Shown piece after piece: positions 19,924-28,995 of a stretch of 64,000 nt of DNA. The translations under genes and the position numbers were made by a program. This DNA comes from a virus. The number at the start of each line of letters is the position of its first letter. Within the stretch, counting starts at the first letter, position 1. The notes below the pieces were generated by a model, which was not told the DNA's origin, made no database searches, and was given only the letters and a program-made list of their open reading frames with translations. The DNA is taken from IMG/VR virus record IMGVR_UViG_3300010334_000001, positions 6,450 to 70,449 of that record; one strand, written 5' to 3'.

Positions 19924-20873
19924 AAGAGCGTATTAATCGGTACCCGGGGCTTAAGCCTTTGAAAAGTGAGATTGATTCCCTATATGCGCAGGCTCTTAAT
20001 GAGCAGCGCCGTGCGTCTTTGGGCCTTCCTGCATCCGATTCCACTATGCACCTTGTGTTTGCTGGTCCTCCCGGGACGGGCAAAACAACCATGGCGCGTG
20101 AAGTTGGTCGCTTGTACTACTCGCTGGGTTTGATCGACAAAGACCCGGAAACTGATGCAGGGTTTAAAGAAGTGTCTGTTCCTGACCTGATTGCTGAGTA
20201 TCAAGGCCAAACACCCCAGCGGGTGAAGGAATTGTTTGAGGGTAATGCCGAAAAAGGCATTGTTGGTGGTGCTGGTGGCGTAATCTTTATTGACGAGGCT
20301 TATGGCCTTGTGTCAGGTAAGGATGACGTGTACGGCAAGCAGGCTGTGGCTGAGCTGCTGCGTCAGGCTGAAAACCATCGCAATGACACGGTGGTGATCA
20401 TGGCTGGTTACGACAAGGAGATGGAAAACCTGTTCCAAGCCAATCCAGGTCTTCCTCGTCGTTTCCCCAAAACGTTGCATTTCACGTCGTACAACGCTGA
20501 TGAGCGGTTCGAAATCATGCGCAAGTTTATGACTGAGGGCAATTACACCATTGGTCGTGGTCGAGCGGCAGAGAACGTTCGTATGGCTATGAAGGATGCT
20601 ATTCAGGAAACTGGCAGTGGCAATGCTGGTGATGTGCGTAACTTGTGGGAGCAAATTAGGGCCGCTCAGGCGATGAGGCTTTCTTCGCTCAATATTGAGG
20701 AAATGCCGGAGGCCCGTCAGAACAGGATTTTGTCCACGATTTCGGTGGCGGACGTTAAAGCCGGTGCTCGCATGTTTGCTTCGGGCGCGCGTGTTGAGCA
20801 GCCCCTGAAGGGTTCTCTTGTTCCTATGGGTACGTCTCGTAAGAATCCGGCGAGGAAGCGCAGGGTGGCGTGA
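19794..20873 (+). CDS. AAA+ ATPase, CbbX/SpoVK/EccA type (probably expressed as a frameshift fusion)
   Basis: HLVFAGPPGTGKTT (Walker A), VIFIDEAY (Walker B), IMAGY, NPGLPRRF, GNAGDVRNL. Confidence 0.88.
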   Translation: MAGQKVSESSQSSEGERPVEPGSAGEGSQGDSVRPEPETFDEIKERINRYPGLKPLKSEIDSLYAQALNEQRRASLGLPASDSTMHLVFAGPPGTGKTTMAREVGRLYYSLGLIDKDPETDAGFKEVSVPDLIAEYQGQTPQRVKELFEGNAEKGIVGGAGGVIFIDEAYGLVSGKDDVYGKQAVAELLRQAENHRNDTVVIMAGYDKEMENLFQANPGLPRRFPKTLHFTSYNADERFEIMRKFMTEGNYTIGRGRAAENVRMAMKDAIQETGSGNAGDVRNLWEQIRAAQAMRLSSLNIEEMPEARQNRILSTISVADVKAGARMFASGARVEQPLKGSLVPMGTSRKNPARKRRVA

Positions 20874-23434
20874 ACCGTTGGTGGACTGACCCAGAGAAGT
20901 CCCGATGGGCTCTTGGGCTAGTGGGCGATACGGACGTCAGCATGGGCGTGGGTACGGCCGTGTTGGCGTATCACGGGCTTGCGCTGGAGCATTTGAGGCC
21001 GCTAGCAGAGAGCACGCTTGTTGACGGCGGTGAGTTGATTAGCCGCTTAGACAGGGTTGATTTGACTCCCGTTGCTACTGCGGTGGCAAAGGCTGTGGCT
21101 CCGGTGATGGGGGAGGCGTCTGCTTCGTACGGTCACATGTGGGCGCAGGACTTGCATGATAGGTCTTTGGGTACGAGCGTGGATTTGTTTACGTCGTTGA
21201 CGCGTTCAGGGATGGCGTTCCCGCATGCGATTGACCGGGTTATTGCGGTTCATGGGATTCCGTCGGAGCGTTTGGGTCCTGTGGCTAAGCATTTGCGTGA
21301 GCCTCGGGTTACTCCTCGAGTTCTTGATGATTACGCGGATCGCGCGCTGATGGAGTATGCGGCGTATCGGGGCAAGTTAGAGTCGAGTGACGTCACTATT
21401 TCTAAGTCTGGGGCTTTTCAAGAACGGGAACATCCTCGGGATTCGTCAGGGAAGTTCAGTGATAAGCCGTCAGCTTCTGGCGGCAAGACACCCGATAAGG
21501 CGTTTGAGGATCGTCAGGATCGCCGTGGCCGTCGCTTGAGGCGCATGAAGCGTCTGGTGGTTCAGCAGAATCAGATTGAGCAAGCTCAGCGTGAGGCTGA
21601 GAAGCTGAAGGCTTCTGCTGGTCAGAAGATGAAGCAGGTGGTGGCCCCTGTTAAGCCGAAGTTGAAGCAGCGGCCTGTGAACGCGTTGATGACGGGTTCG
21701 CCTTTTGGTGATGCGATACGCCGGCAGGCAATGGGCATGCAGCAGGCTCGTCGTCAGGCCGTGAATGAGGGAATCATTGTTGAGGAGATTCCGTTTGAGC
21801 ATACGCCTGCGTCAGACGAAGAGGTGTATGAGCAGTTGACGTCTCAGCGCTCGCAACGACTACCTGAGCATTCGATGCTGGGGGAGCGCTTTTATATTCT
21901 TACAAACGATGAGTTTGAAATGCTTGCTAGTTCAGGTGTGGACGAGTGGTCTGCGGCGGGTTTCAAAGCGCTGACAGGAAATGGCTTATACGGGTATACG
22001 GCCCAAGATGCTTTGGCTGATCTTCAAAGTCAAGTAAATGACAATTTGGCTTCTGCGGATGATTTTGTGATTCTCCGCGCCGATGGCCGTATTCCGTTGA
22101 ATTTTGGCGAGAGCCTTCATGAAGATGAGGGCAGCGGTCAGATTATTCCTGATTCTGCCATGTTGTCTTTAGGGGACGAACTCAATTTCTTTGATTACGA
22201 TGACCGTTTTCATTTGGAGCAGTACACCAACAATCCTTCATGGGGCGAAAAAGGATTACGCCCTGTCAGAGTTGTGGATATCCAGCTTGTGAATCAGAAA
22301 ATGTTTCCTTTGACAAAGCAAGACAAGGTAACCCCGCTGCGAAGGTATTCACCCAGCGACGTGGACGAAGACGGTTACCCGGGTATCTCTAAGGCCGACG
22401 CGTTCCTTGAGCGGGAACATCCACGCGATTCTGAGGGGCGTTTTAAAGATAAGGACGTTCAGCCGAAGCCTCCGGTGAATCAGGCTTTTTTGGATCGTCA
22501 GGATCGCCGGCGTAGGCGCATGAACCGCCAGGTGAAAGTGTTGGCTCAGTTAGAGCAGATTCAGCACATGCGTGATGTTCAGGCGGCTCAAGAGGCCCAA
22601 GCGCGTGAGGCAGAAAGTCGACAGGCGGCAAGGAAACTGTCAGCGTTGAAGCCTCAGGCAATGGAACGTCCGAAGAATGCGCTTGCTGCTCGCGACGCGG
22701 TGATGCAGCGTATGCGGGCTTTGGGTGCTGCTCAGGTGGCTGACGTACCAGAGGGCGCATGGGAAAGTTTGGGGGCTCTCACGTTTGATTCTGAAGATTT
22801 CTGGACTTTTTACGAGATTACTGGCGGCGATGTTGTCGGTAACAAGGTCGATGATTCTTTTGACATGACCAGCATGGCAAGCATTATGAGTGACCACGAC
22901 GACACCGAACTGTTAGCAAATAAGAACGTAACGTCTGCTAGTGACTCATTGAACAGAATTCTTCGTATTGCCCAAGTCAGCGACAACAGAATTACTAAAG
23001 TAATAAATCCTGTCAACGGGCGAAACGCGTTGTTGAGCCTTGAGGAAGCAGAAGCCGTCGCCGAAAAGGCGGCTATGTTGCTGGAAAGCAAGGATGATCG
23101 AGGAAGTCTTCAACTTCCTTTCCTTGAATACGTGAGCGAAGGCTCAAATAAAGACAATCCGGTGATGAGGGCGCGAGTATTGACGTACCCCAACGAGCCC
23201 GCCGGCTACCAAATTCTTGGCGACCCACAAGCGCTTGCCGCGCTCCAACGAGGTGACAGGCACTTACTGGATTTTGAGGATCAGAGCGTTATTGGGGCTC
23301 GAGATCTTGCTGTTCGCACAGGAAACCTTGACGAATCAGGCATCGGTTTGGAAGAAATTCCTGATCTTCCGATTGGCGTGGTGCTTGTGAAAATGAAGGA
23401 TAATGCTTCACAAAGGAGGAAAAGTGAACTCTGA
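20870..23434 (+). CDS. 854-aa minor head protein with a degenerate MuF-like N-terminus and a duplicated EHPRD module
   Basis: ISK[SA]..F.EREHPRDS.G.F.DK...AF.DRQDRR.RR occurs twice; lies directly upstream of the protease. Confidence 0.6.
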   Translation: MNRWWTDPEKSRWALGLVGDTDVSMGVGTAVLAYHGLALEHLRPLAESTLVDGGELISRLDRVDLTPVATAVAKAVAPVMGEASASYGHMWAQDLHDRSLGTSVDLFTSLTRSGMAFPHAIDRVIAVHGIPSERLGPVAKHLREPRVTPRVLDDYADRALMEYAAYRGKLESSDVTISKSGAFQEREHPRDSSGKFSDKPSASGGKTPDKAFEDRQDRRGRRLRRMKRLVVQQNQIEQAQREAEKLKASAGQKMKQVVAPVKPKLKQRPVNALMTGSPFGDAIRRQAMGMQQARRQAVNEGIIVEEIPFEHTPASDEEVYEQLTSQRSQRLPEHSMLGERFYILTNDEFEMLASSGVDEWSAAGFKALTGNGLYGYTAQDALADLQSQVNDNLASADDFVILRADGRIPLNFGESLHEDEGSGQIIPDSAMLSLGDELNFFDYDDRFHLEQYTNNPSWGEKGLRPVRVVDIQLVNQKMFPLTKQDKVTPLRRYSPSDVDEDGYPGISKADAFLEREHPRDSEGRFKDKDVQPKPPVNQAFLDRQDRRRRRMNRQVKVLAQLEQIQHMRDVQAAQEAQAREAESRQAARKLSALKPQAMERPKNALAARDAVMQRMRALGAAQVADVPEGAWESLGALTFDSEDFWTFYEITGGDVVGNKVDDSFDMTSMASIMSDHDDTELLANKNVTSASDSLNRILRIAQVSDNRITKVINPVNGRNALLSLEEAEAVAEKAAMLLESKDDRGSLQLPFLEYVSEGSNKDNPVMRARVLTYPNEPAGYQILGDPQALAALQRGDRHLLDFEDQSVIGARDLAVRTGNLDESGIGLEEIPDLPIGVVLVKMKDNASQRRKSEL

Positions 23435-24107
23435 GGTAGCAGTTGACGCGCTCATGAACGTCGATCCCGGCTTTACCCAGCTGGTCGAGACGCTCTTTGG
23501 TGATGTCGTGGACTCCCGCGAAGCCTGGGCGTACCTGTACGGGCCCAATGACGTGGTCAAGATGAGCCCCGATATGTCCTCCGTTCACGTTCCCGGATCA
23601 ATGGGCAAGGCCAAGCGCGGCCGGTTTGTGAAGAAGACCGTGGCCATGGACGTTCGTGGTATTTCGTCTCCGATGGCTAAGTCTGATCGCCCCATGGTGA
23701 CGTGGGACGTGGAATTTTCCAAGGTTGATGAGGACAAGCACGAGGTTTTTGGCTGGGCTTCTGTCGTGGAGATGGACGGCAAGCCGGTCGTGGATCGTCA
23801 GGGCGACTGGATCACGCCTGACGAGATTGAGAAGGCCGCGTACAAGTATGTTCTGGATTCCCGTAAGGGTGGCCATCAACACAAGCGCGAGGGCGACGCA
23901 GCTTTCCATGCCTCAAACATGATTGAGTCAATCGTTTTTACTCCGGAAAAGATCGCCAAGATGGGTCTTCCTGAGGATTTCCCTGTCGGTTGGTGGGTTG
24001 GTTACAAGGTTCATGACGGCGAGACGTGGAACAAGGTCAAGTCTGGAGAAGTGACGGGTTTTTCCATTCATGGCTCGGGTAAGCGTGTCCAGGTAGGGCA
24101 GGCGTGA
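23424..24107 (+). CDS. XkdF-like prohead serine protease (core)
   Basis: VFGWASV...VVDRQGDWI..DEIEKAAY.Y, GHQH, GWWVGYKV.D..TW.KVKSGE.TGFSI.G; AGGAGG RBS. Confidence 0.88.
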   Translation: MNSEVAVDALMNVDPGFTQLVETLFGDVVDSREAWAYLYGPNDVVKMSPDMSSVHVPGSMGKAKRGRFVKKTVAMDVRGISSPMAKSDRPMVTWDVEFSKVDEDKHEVFGWASVVEMDGKPVVDRQGDWITPDEIEKAAYKYVLDSRKGGHQHKREGDAAFHASNMIESIVFTPEKIAKMGLPEDFPVGWWVGYKVHDGETWNKVKSGEVTGFSIHGSGKRVQVGQA

Positions 24108-24108
24108 C

Positions 24109-24393
24109 ATGTTTCCTAATGGCGACGCGGTGAGCGTGGGTAAGGCGGATCAGGTGAAGGACCTGCCTATTCCTGAATGGGCGCGTACGTCGTTTTCTAC
24201 AAGTCATCCTGCTGTGGCTAACCCACTGGACATGTACGCAGGCGCCCGCATGATGGCGTTTGGCGGAAACAATATGCGGGGAAAGATCAACTGGCCTTGG
24301 CGGCGTAGCCGCATGGTGCGTGGTGCGCAACAGTACGTGCAAGGCCGGGCAACGGTGTATTCACCCATTGGTGAGGGTAGGGGATCGTTGTGA
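24109..24393 (+). CDS. hypothetical basic protein
   Basis: ORF coupled to the next gene; SVGKA motif near the N-terminus. Confidence 0.5.
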   Translation: MFPNGDAVSVGKADQVKDLPIPEWARTSFSTSHPAVANPLDMYAGARMMAFGGNNMRGKINWPWRRSRMVRGAQQYVQGRATVYSPIGEGRGSL

Positions 24394-25499
24394 GTTCTCA
24401 ACCGGCCAAGGGCCAGTCCAAGGGTGAGTTGAAGACTGCTCGTACGTTGAACACTGTCGCGATTATTGGCGCGACCCATCCGATGTACACGGCTGCGCGT
24501 AATTTGGCATCGCAGGCTCCGGAGGGTGTTAAGGCGGCTGCTGGCCGGTTTGTTCCTAAGAAGGCCGTGTCGGCTGTTCGCGGTGGAGTTGATCGGGTGG
24601 TGACTCGTAATCCTGGTACGAAGGCTGCGGCGAAGTTTGCGGCTAAGCACGGGAAAGTTGCTGGCGCTGCTGCCGCGACGGGGTGGTTGGGTTTTCATGG
24701 TGCTGAGCTGGCGGGTGACGTGTTGGGCCGGCGTAGTATTAATTCTCAGTTGAGGCAGAAGCAGGCTCAGGAGGCTGGCGTGAAAAAGGCGATGACCAAT
24801 AACCACAAGCGCATGATTGCTGGTGGTGCTTCTAGTGCAGCGCTGGGTGCCGGTGTGGGTTACTTCCTCGCTCCGGTGTTTGAGACGGATCGGGCTAATC
24901 GTGTCAAGGTTGCTCGGACAATGGGCCGGGGAGCGTTTGGTGCTAAGAACATGAAGGCGTTTGAGCGGGCTGAGCGGGCAGCGTTGAGTGCTGAGATGAA
25001 GTTTGCGCCGCACAAGGCAGCAGCAACGATGTTGAAGAAGGTTCCTTCGCGTGCGCGATGGGTTGCTGGAGGCGCAGCTGCTATGGGCGCTTTTGGCGCT
25101 AAGTCAGCCGTTGCTAAGTCGATTGAGCAGTCGTTTATGTCCAAGGCGGAGACCGCTCCGGTGACAGGTCACGGGACTAGTATCGAGAAGCGATACTACG
25201 ACTCTGAAGCGGACCGTCAGCGCCGTATTGGTATGGCTACGGGCTTGCTGGGTGGTACGTCAATCGTGACCGGTGCTGCTGCCGCTAATGGTGTAAAAGC
25301 CGAGCGTGGATTGAGTGAGGCCGCTGGCGGAGCACGGCGTGCTGGTGTGCAGGCCGGTTACCTGATTCCTAAGGGTGCGAATGCAAAGAAGGTTTTGGGC
25401 CGCAAGGCTGGTTTGGCAGCGGTTGCTGCCGCCTCGGGTGTGGGTGCGGTGGCGTCATATAAGCGCGGTATTTCTCGCCGTAATCAAACTTGGCAGTAG
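24390..25499 (+). CDS. basic Ala/Gly-rich modular head protein
   Basis: Several glycine-zipper-like segments; VKKA, VAKS and MSKA motifs. Confidence 0.6.
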   Translation: MSSQPAKGQSKGELKTARTLNTVAIIGATHPMYTAARNLASQAPEGVKAAAGRFVPKKAVSAVRGGVDRVVTRNPGTKAAAKFAAKHGKVAGAAAATGWLGFHGAELAGDVLGRRSINSQLRQKQAQEAGVKKAMTNNHKRMIAGGASSAALGAGVGYFLAPVFETDRANRVKVARTMGRGAFGAKNMKAFERAERAALSAEMKFAPHKAAATMLKKVPSRARWVAGGAAAMGAFGAKSAVAKSIEQSFMSKAETAPVTGHGTSIEKRYYDSEADRQRRIGMATGLLGGTSIVTGAAAANGVKAERGLSEAAGGARRAGVQAGYLIPKGANAKKVLGRKAGLAAVAAASGVGAVASYKRGISRRNQTWQ

Positions 25500-25517
25500 G
25501 TCAGATAAAGCATGCCG

Positions 25518-25537
25518 GGGCCACCTTCGGGTGGCCC
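25518..25537. terminator. stem-loop GGGCCACC-TTCG-GGTGGCCC
   Basis: Perfect 8-bp stem with UUCG tetraloop, intergenic; no clear U-tract. Confidence 0.55.
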
Positions 25538-25631
25538 TACTGCGTTAGGTGATCAAAATGCCTAATTTCGTAGAAAATGACGCTCAACTTTTCTGCGGTG
25601 AAGCATTCTGATGCCCCATGATGGGAACATC

Positions 25632-26606
25632 ATGAGTAGGCCAGTAAGCAAGTTGATCGACCTCGACATCGACGAGGTCTCCGTTGTTGACCGCGGAGCA
25701 AACCAGCATTCGCTTATTGCCTTCTCCAAGAGCCTCCAATCCGGGGGCGACGATATGTCGGAGGAACCCATGGCTGATGACGTTCTCGTGTTTGACGAGG
25801 CAGGTCAGGAAGTCGCTGTTGACGAGCTGGAGCACGGTGACACCGTGTTTGACTCTGAAGGCAACGAGTACGTTTTTGTTGAGGACGGCGACGACGAGAA
25901 CGTCGAGAAGGCCGTTCGCTGGGGAAGCATCGCTGGCGCCATGAAGGCCGGACGCAAGGGCTTTAATCGCGAAATGGCTTTTGGCTCCCAGAACCCGATG
26001 AAGGCAGGCGTTCGCGCTGGCCGTTCAGCATTCCGTTCAGCACCGGGCAGCCTTACTGCCGCTGGCGCTGGTCTTGGTGCTGGCGCGGTTGGCGCAGGTT
26101 ACGCCGCTGACAAGATGAAAAAGTCCATGGGCGACTCCATCATTGAAGAGCTCAGCAAGGCCGTGACCGACGCTGATCGCGACGAAGTCATTGCCAAGGC
26201 CCTCAACGAGGTTGAGGTCTACAAGGCTCAGGCCGCCGAGGCACTCGCGTGGGCCGAGCAGGAACACGACACTCGCGTCACCGAGGCGTTCATCTCCAAG
26301 GCCGCTGAGTACAACCTTCCGGTTTCTCCCGAGGTGCTTGGCCCGATCCTGAAGGCCGTTGCCGAGGTCCTCACGGAGGAAGAGCTGGATGTCATCGACG
26401 AGATCTTCAACGCTGTTGGAGACGCTCTGTACGAGGAGATCGGCTACATCGGCGAGTCCAGCAACAGCTCGGTCATGGACCAGGTTGACGCGATGGCAAA
26501 CGAATACGTGGGTAAGTCCGACTTCTCCCACGCACAGATGACCACGGCAATGTTCTCGGAGAACCCCTCCGCGTACGACGCCTACATTTCAGAGATGGGA
26601 CGGTGA
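25632..26606 (+). CDS. scaffolding protein carrying the protease EVSVVD..AN strand at its N-terminus
   Basis: LIDLDIDEVSVVDRGANQH; acidic helical body; ends with a tail typical of scaffolds (NPSAYDAY); precedes the cement and capsid genes. Confidence 0.8.
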   Translation: MSRPVSKLIDLDIDEVSVVDRGANQHSLIAFSKSLQSGGDDMSEEPMADDVLVFDEAGQEVAVDELEHGDTVFDSEGNEYVFVEDGDDENVEKAVRWGSIAGAMKAGRKGFNREMAFGSQNPMKAGVRAGRSAFRSAPGSLTAAGAGLGAGAVGAGYAADKMKKSMGDSIIEELSKAVTDADRDEVIAKALNEVEVYKAQAAEALAWAEQEHDTRVTEAFISKAAEYNLPVSPEVLGPILKAVAEVLTEEELDVIDEIFNAVGDALYEEIGYIGESSNSSVMDQVDAMANEYVGKSDFSHAQMTTAMFSENPSAYDAYISEMGR

Positions 26607-26610
26607 CGTC

Positions 26611-27024
26611 ATGGCTTTTGACGAGAGCCTACGGTCGATCAGCCTGAACGCTGATTCTTCCATTGCCACGTACACGGGCGTTCCGGGCCTTCCTGGCTCC
26701 GCTGACCCGAACTACGGCAAGCAGTACCGGTTTGTGAAGGTTACCGGCGTTCAGACCGCTGGCCTGTGCACCGCCAACACTGACCATTCGATCGGCGTGC
26801 TTCAGTCGAAGCCGCAGGTTGTGAATCAGGCAGCCACTGTCGCTATCCGTGGCGTTTCTTTCGTAATGGCGGGTGCAGCGGTTACTGCCGGCGCTCGTGT
26901 CACGACTGACGCTCAGGGTCGCGCCATTACGGTCCCGGGTTCGGGCACCCCGATTACCTACGGGATCGCCCTCACGTCGACGGATGCGGCAGGGGAGCTT
27001 GTCTCCGTCCTGCTCAAGAGCTGA
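26611..27024 (+). CDS. capsid cement/decoration protein (DUF2190-like)
   Basis: YRFVK...IGVLQ.KP...A.VAIRGVS.V.AGAAVTAGARVTTDAQGRA. Confidence 0.75.
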   Translation: MAFDESLRSISLNADSSIATYTGVPGLPGSADPNYGKQYRFVKVTGVQTAGLCTANTDHSIGVLQSKPQVVNQAATVAIRGVSFVMAGAAVTAGARVTTDAQGRAITVPGSGTPITYGIALTSTDAAGELVSVLLKS

Positions 27025-27042
27025 GAAGGAAGGAACTAAGTC

Positions 27043-28023
27043 ATGCCGTCTCCATCACAGTCAGATCTACACGTCAACGTTCCGTTGACCAACGTGTCGA
27101 TCGCTTACATGCAGTCTTCGGCTGCTTACATTTCGGACAAGATCTTCCCAAAGGTCCCTGTCCAGAAGCAGTCTGACCTGTACTGGCGTTACAGCAAGTC
27201 CGATTGGCGTCGTACCGACGTTGCCCGTCGCGCTCCTTCGACTGAGTCCAAGGGCGTCGGCTGGACGATGGACACTGATTCGTACTTCGCCCACGTGTAC
27301 GCCGTACACAAGGACATTGACGATCAGCTCCGCTCGAACGCTGATTCCAATTTCAATCTGGATCGCGACGCTACCGAGTTCATCACCAACCAGATGCTGC
27401 TCAAGCGCGACATCGACTGGAACTCTAAGTTCTTCGCTCAGTCGGTGTGGAATACCCAGTACGAGGGTGGCGATGACTTCACTAAGTGGAGTGACGCTGG
27501 CTCGAACCCGGTGCAGGATGTGGCTAACTGGGTGCTTCAGTTCCGTCGCGAGACGGGCTTTGCCCCCAACAAGATGGTTCTTGGCGCTGAGGTCATGCTG
27601 TACCTCAAGCAGCACCCAGACATCATCGACCGCATCAAGTACACCCAGAAGGGCATCGTCACCGAGGACCTGATTGCGACGCTGTTCAACATCGAGCAGA
27701 TCTACACCTCGTACGCGACTGTCGCCACGACTCCGCAGATTCCGGACGCTAAGGCTCAGGATGCTGCTGCTTCGTACGACTTCATCGCTAACTCCAAGTC
27801 GATTCTGCTGGCTTACGCGCCTGCGGGACCGTCGCTGATGACTCCTTCTGCTGGTTACACGTTTACGTGGAACGGCTACCTCGGCGGCAACGCTCAGGGG
27901 ATCCGCGTGAAGCGTTTCCGTATGGAGCACATTGCGTCGGATCGCGTTGAGTCGGAGATGACCTACGACATGAAGGTTGTCTGCCCGGATCTTGGCATCT
28001 TCGCTTACAACGTGGTCGAGTAA
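27043..28023 (+). CDS. major capsid protein (lambda gpE-like family)
   Basis: LHVNVPLTNVSIAY...IFPKVPVQKQSD.Y; strongly C-ending codon bias; position after scaffold and cement. Confidence 0.88.
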   Translation: MPSPSQSDLHVNVPLTNVSIAYMQSSAAYISDKIFPKVPVQKQSDLYWRYSKSDWRRTDVARRAPSTESKGVGWTMDTDSYFAHVYAVHKDIDDQLRSNADSNFNLDRDATEFITNQMLLKRDIDWNSKFFAQSVWNTQYEGGDDFTKWSDAGSNPVQDVANWVLQFRRETGFAPNKMVLGAEVMLYLKQHPDIIDRIKYTQKGIVTEDLIATLFNIEQIYTSYATVATTPQIPDAKAQDAAASYDFIANSKSILLAYAPAGPSLMTPSAGYTFTWNGYLGGNAQGIRVKRFRMEHIASDRVESEMTYDMKVVCPDLGIFAYNVVE

Positions 28024-28025
28024 CA

Positions 28026-28550
28026 ATGATTCGAGTTCCTTCGGGATTGGTCACGACCCGCGATCTAACGATCGCGGGCGTGGCCGTTCCTGCTGGTACA
28101 ACGCTTGAGGATGTCCAAATTGAGGCTCTGCACGACTTGCAGGCCCTTTTGGGTAAAGGCTGGGTTGCGCCGGCGGAGGATATTTACGCTCGTAAGACGC
28201 GGCTAGGGAATCCCCAGCCGACGTATCTTGCACCCGTAATCTATAAGGCTGTTATTACTGCCAACGCTCCGTCGGTACCCGGCGCTCCCACGAATCTTGT
28301 GGCGACTCCAGGTAATACGACTGCTTCGATTGCGTTTACGGCTGGTGCCGCGAATCATTCCCACATTTTGAATTACCAGTACAAGGTGGGTTCGGGTTCG
28401 TGGACGGCGTTGAGTCCTGCTGATGCGTCTAGCCCGGTCACGATTACTGGCCTGACTAACGGTTCTCAGGTGGCTATCAAGCTGCGTGCAGTTAATGCTG
28501 CGGGTGCCGGGGCTGAGTCGGCATCAGTGAACGTGACGCCGCGCGCATAA
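28026..28550 (+). CDS. head-associated protein with a C-terminal FN3 domain
   Basis: PGAPTNLVATPGN...YQY...ITGLTNG...IKLRAVNAAGAG. Confidence 0.7.
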   Translation: MIRVPSGLVTTRDLTIAGVAVPAGTTLEDVQIEALHDLQALLGKGWVAPAEDIYARKTRLGNPQPTYLAPVIYKAVITANAPSVPGAPTNLVATPGNTTASIAFTAGAANHSHILNYQYKVGSGSWTALSPADASSPVTITGLTNGSQVAIKLRAVNAAGAGAESASVNVTPRA

Positions 28551-28766
28551 ATGTCTGATCCGGTGATGACGGTGCGCGCGTTTGCGGGGGCTGTGAGCGT
28601 GGAGGTTGCTCAGGGGCATCCGCCTTTCACGGTTTCGTTGGCGGGAATGTCTCAGTCGAAGCCGTCTCGGACGTTCGGTTTCATGAATGTGAGGCCGGGG
28701 GATTACGTGGTTTCTGCTGTGGATGGCAGTGGCCGTTGTTCTGAGGTGGAGGTCGTGGTTCCGTGA
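28551..28766 (+). CDS. small Ig-like (beta-rich) protein
   Basis: GHPPFTVSL...F.NVRPGDYVVSAVDGSG. Confidence 0.5.
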   Translation: MSDPVMTVRAFAGAVSVEVAQGHPPFTVSLAGMSQSKPSRTFGFMNVRPGDYVVSAVDGSGRCSEVEVVVP

Positions 28767-28993
28767 CTACTGACATGTTTGAGCTTGCTGATCCGGCTCT
28801 TGTGAAGCGCCGTAAGCCTCGTGAGGCTAAGGCTGCTCCTGTGGTTGCGGGACCTTCGTATGTGGCTCGTAAGACTCTTCGTTTGAATGGTCGGTTGATT
28901 AAGCCGGGGACTGTGGTTCCTGAGGCTGGGTCGTGGCCTCGTGTGGAGTCGTGGGTTCGTGCTGGCTATATCGATTTGGTGAAGGAGTCGTAG
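28763..28993 (+). CDS. hypothetical virion protein
   Basis: GGAGG RBS; LRLNGRLIKPGTVV..W...GYI resembles the N-terminus of the 28026 gene. Confidence 0.5.
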   Translation: MTTDMFELADPALVKRRKPREAKAAPVVAGPSYVARKTLRLNGRLIKPGTVVPEAGSWPRVESWVRAGYIDLVKES

Positions 28994-28995
28994 TT

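Noticed and set aside
19794-20873. AAA+ ATPase as terminase or part of a type VII secretion locus
   Set aside because: Motifs are CbbX/SpoVK-type rather than terminase; no nuclease domain and no other ESX genes.
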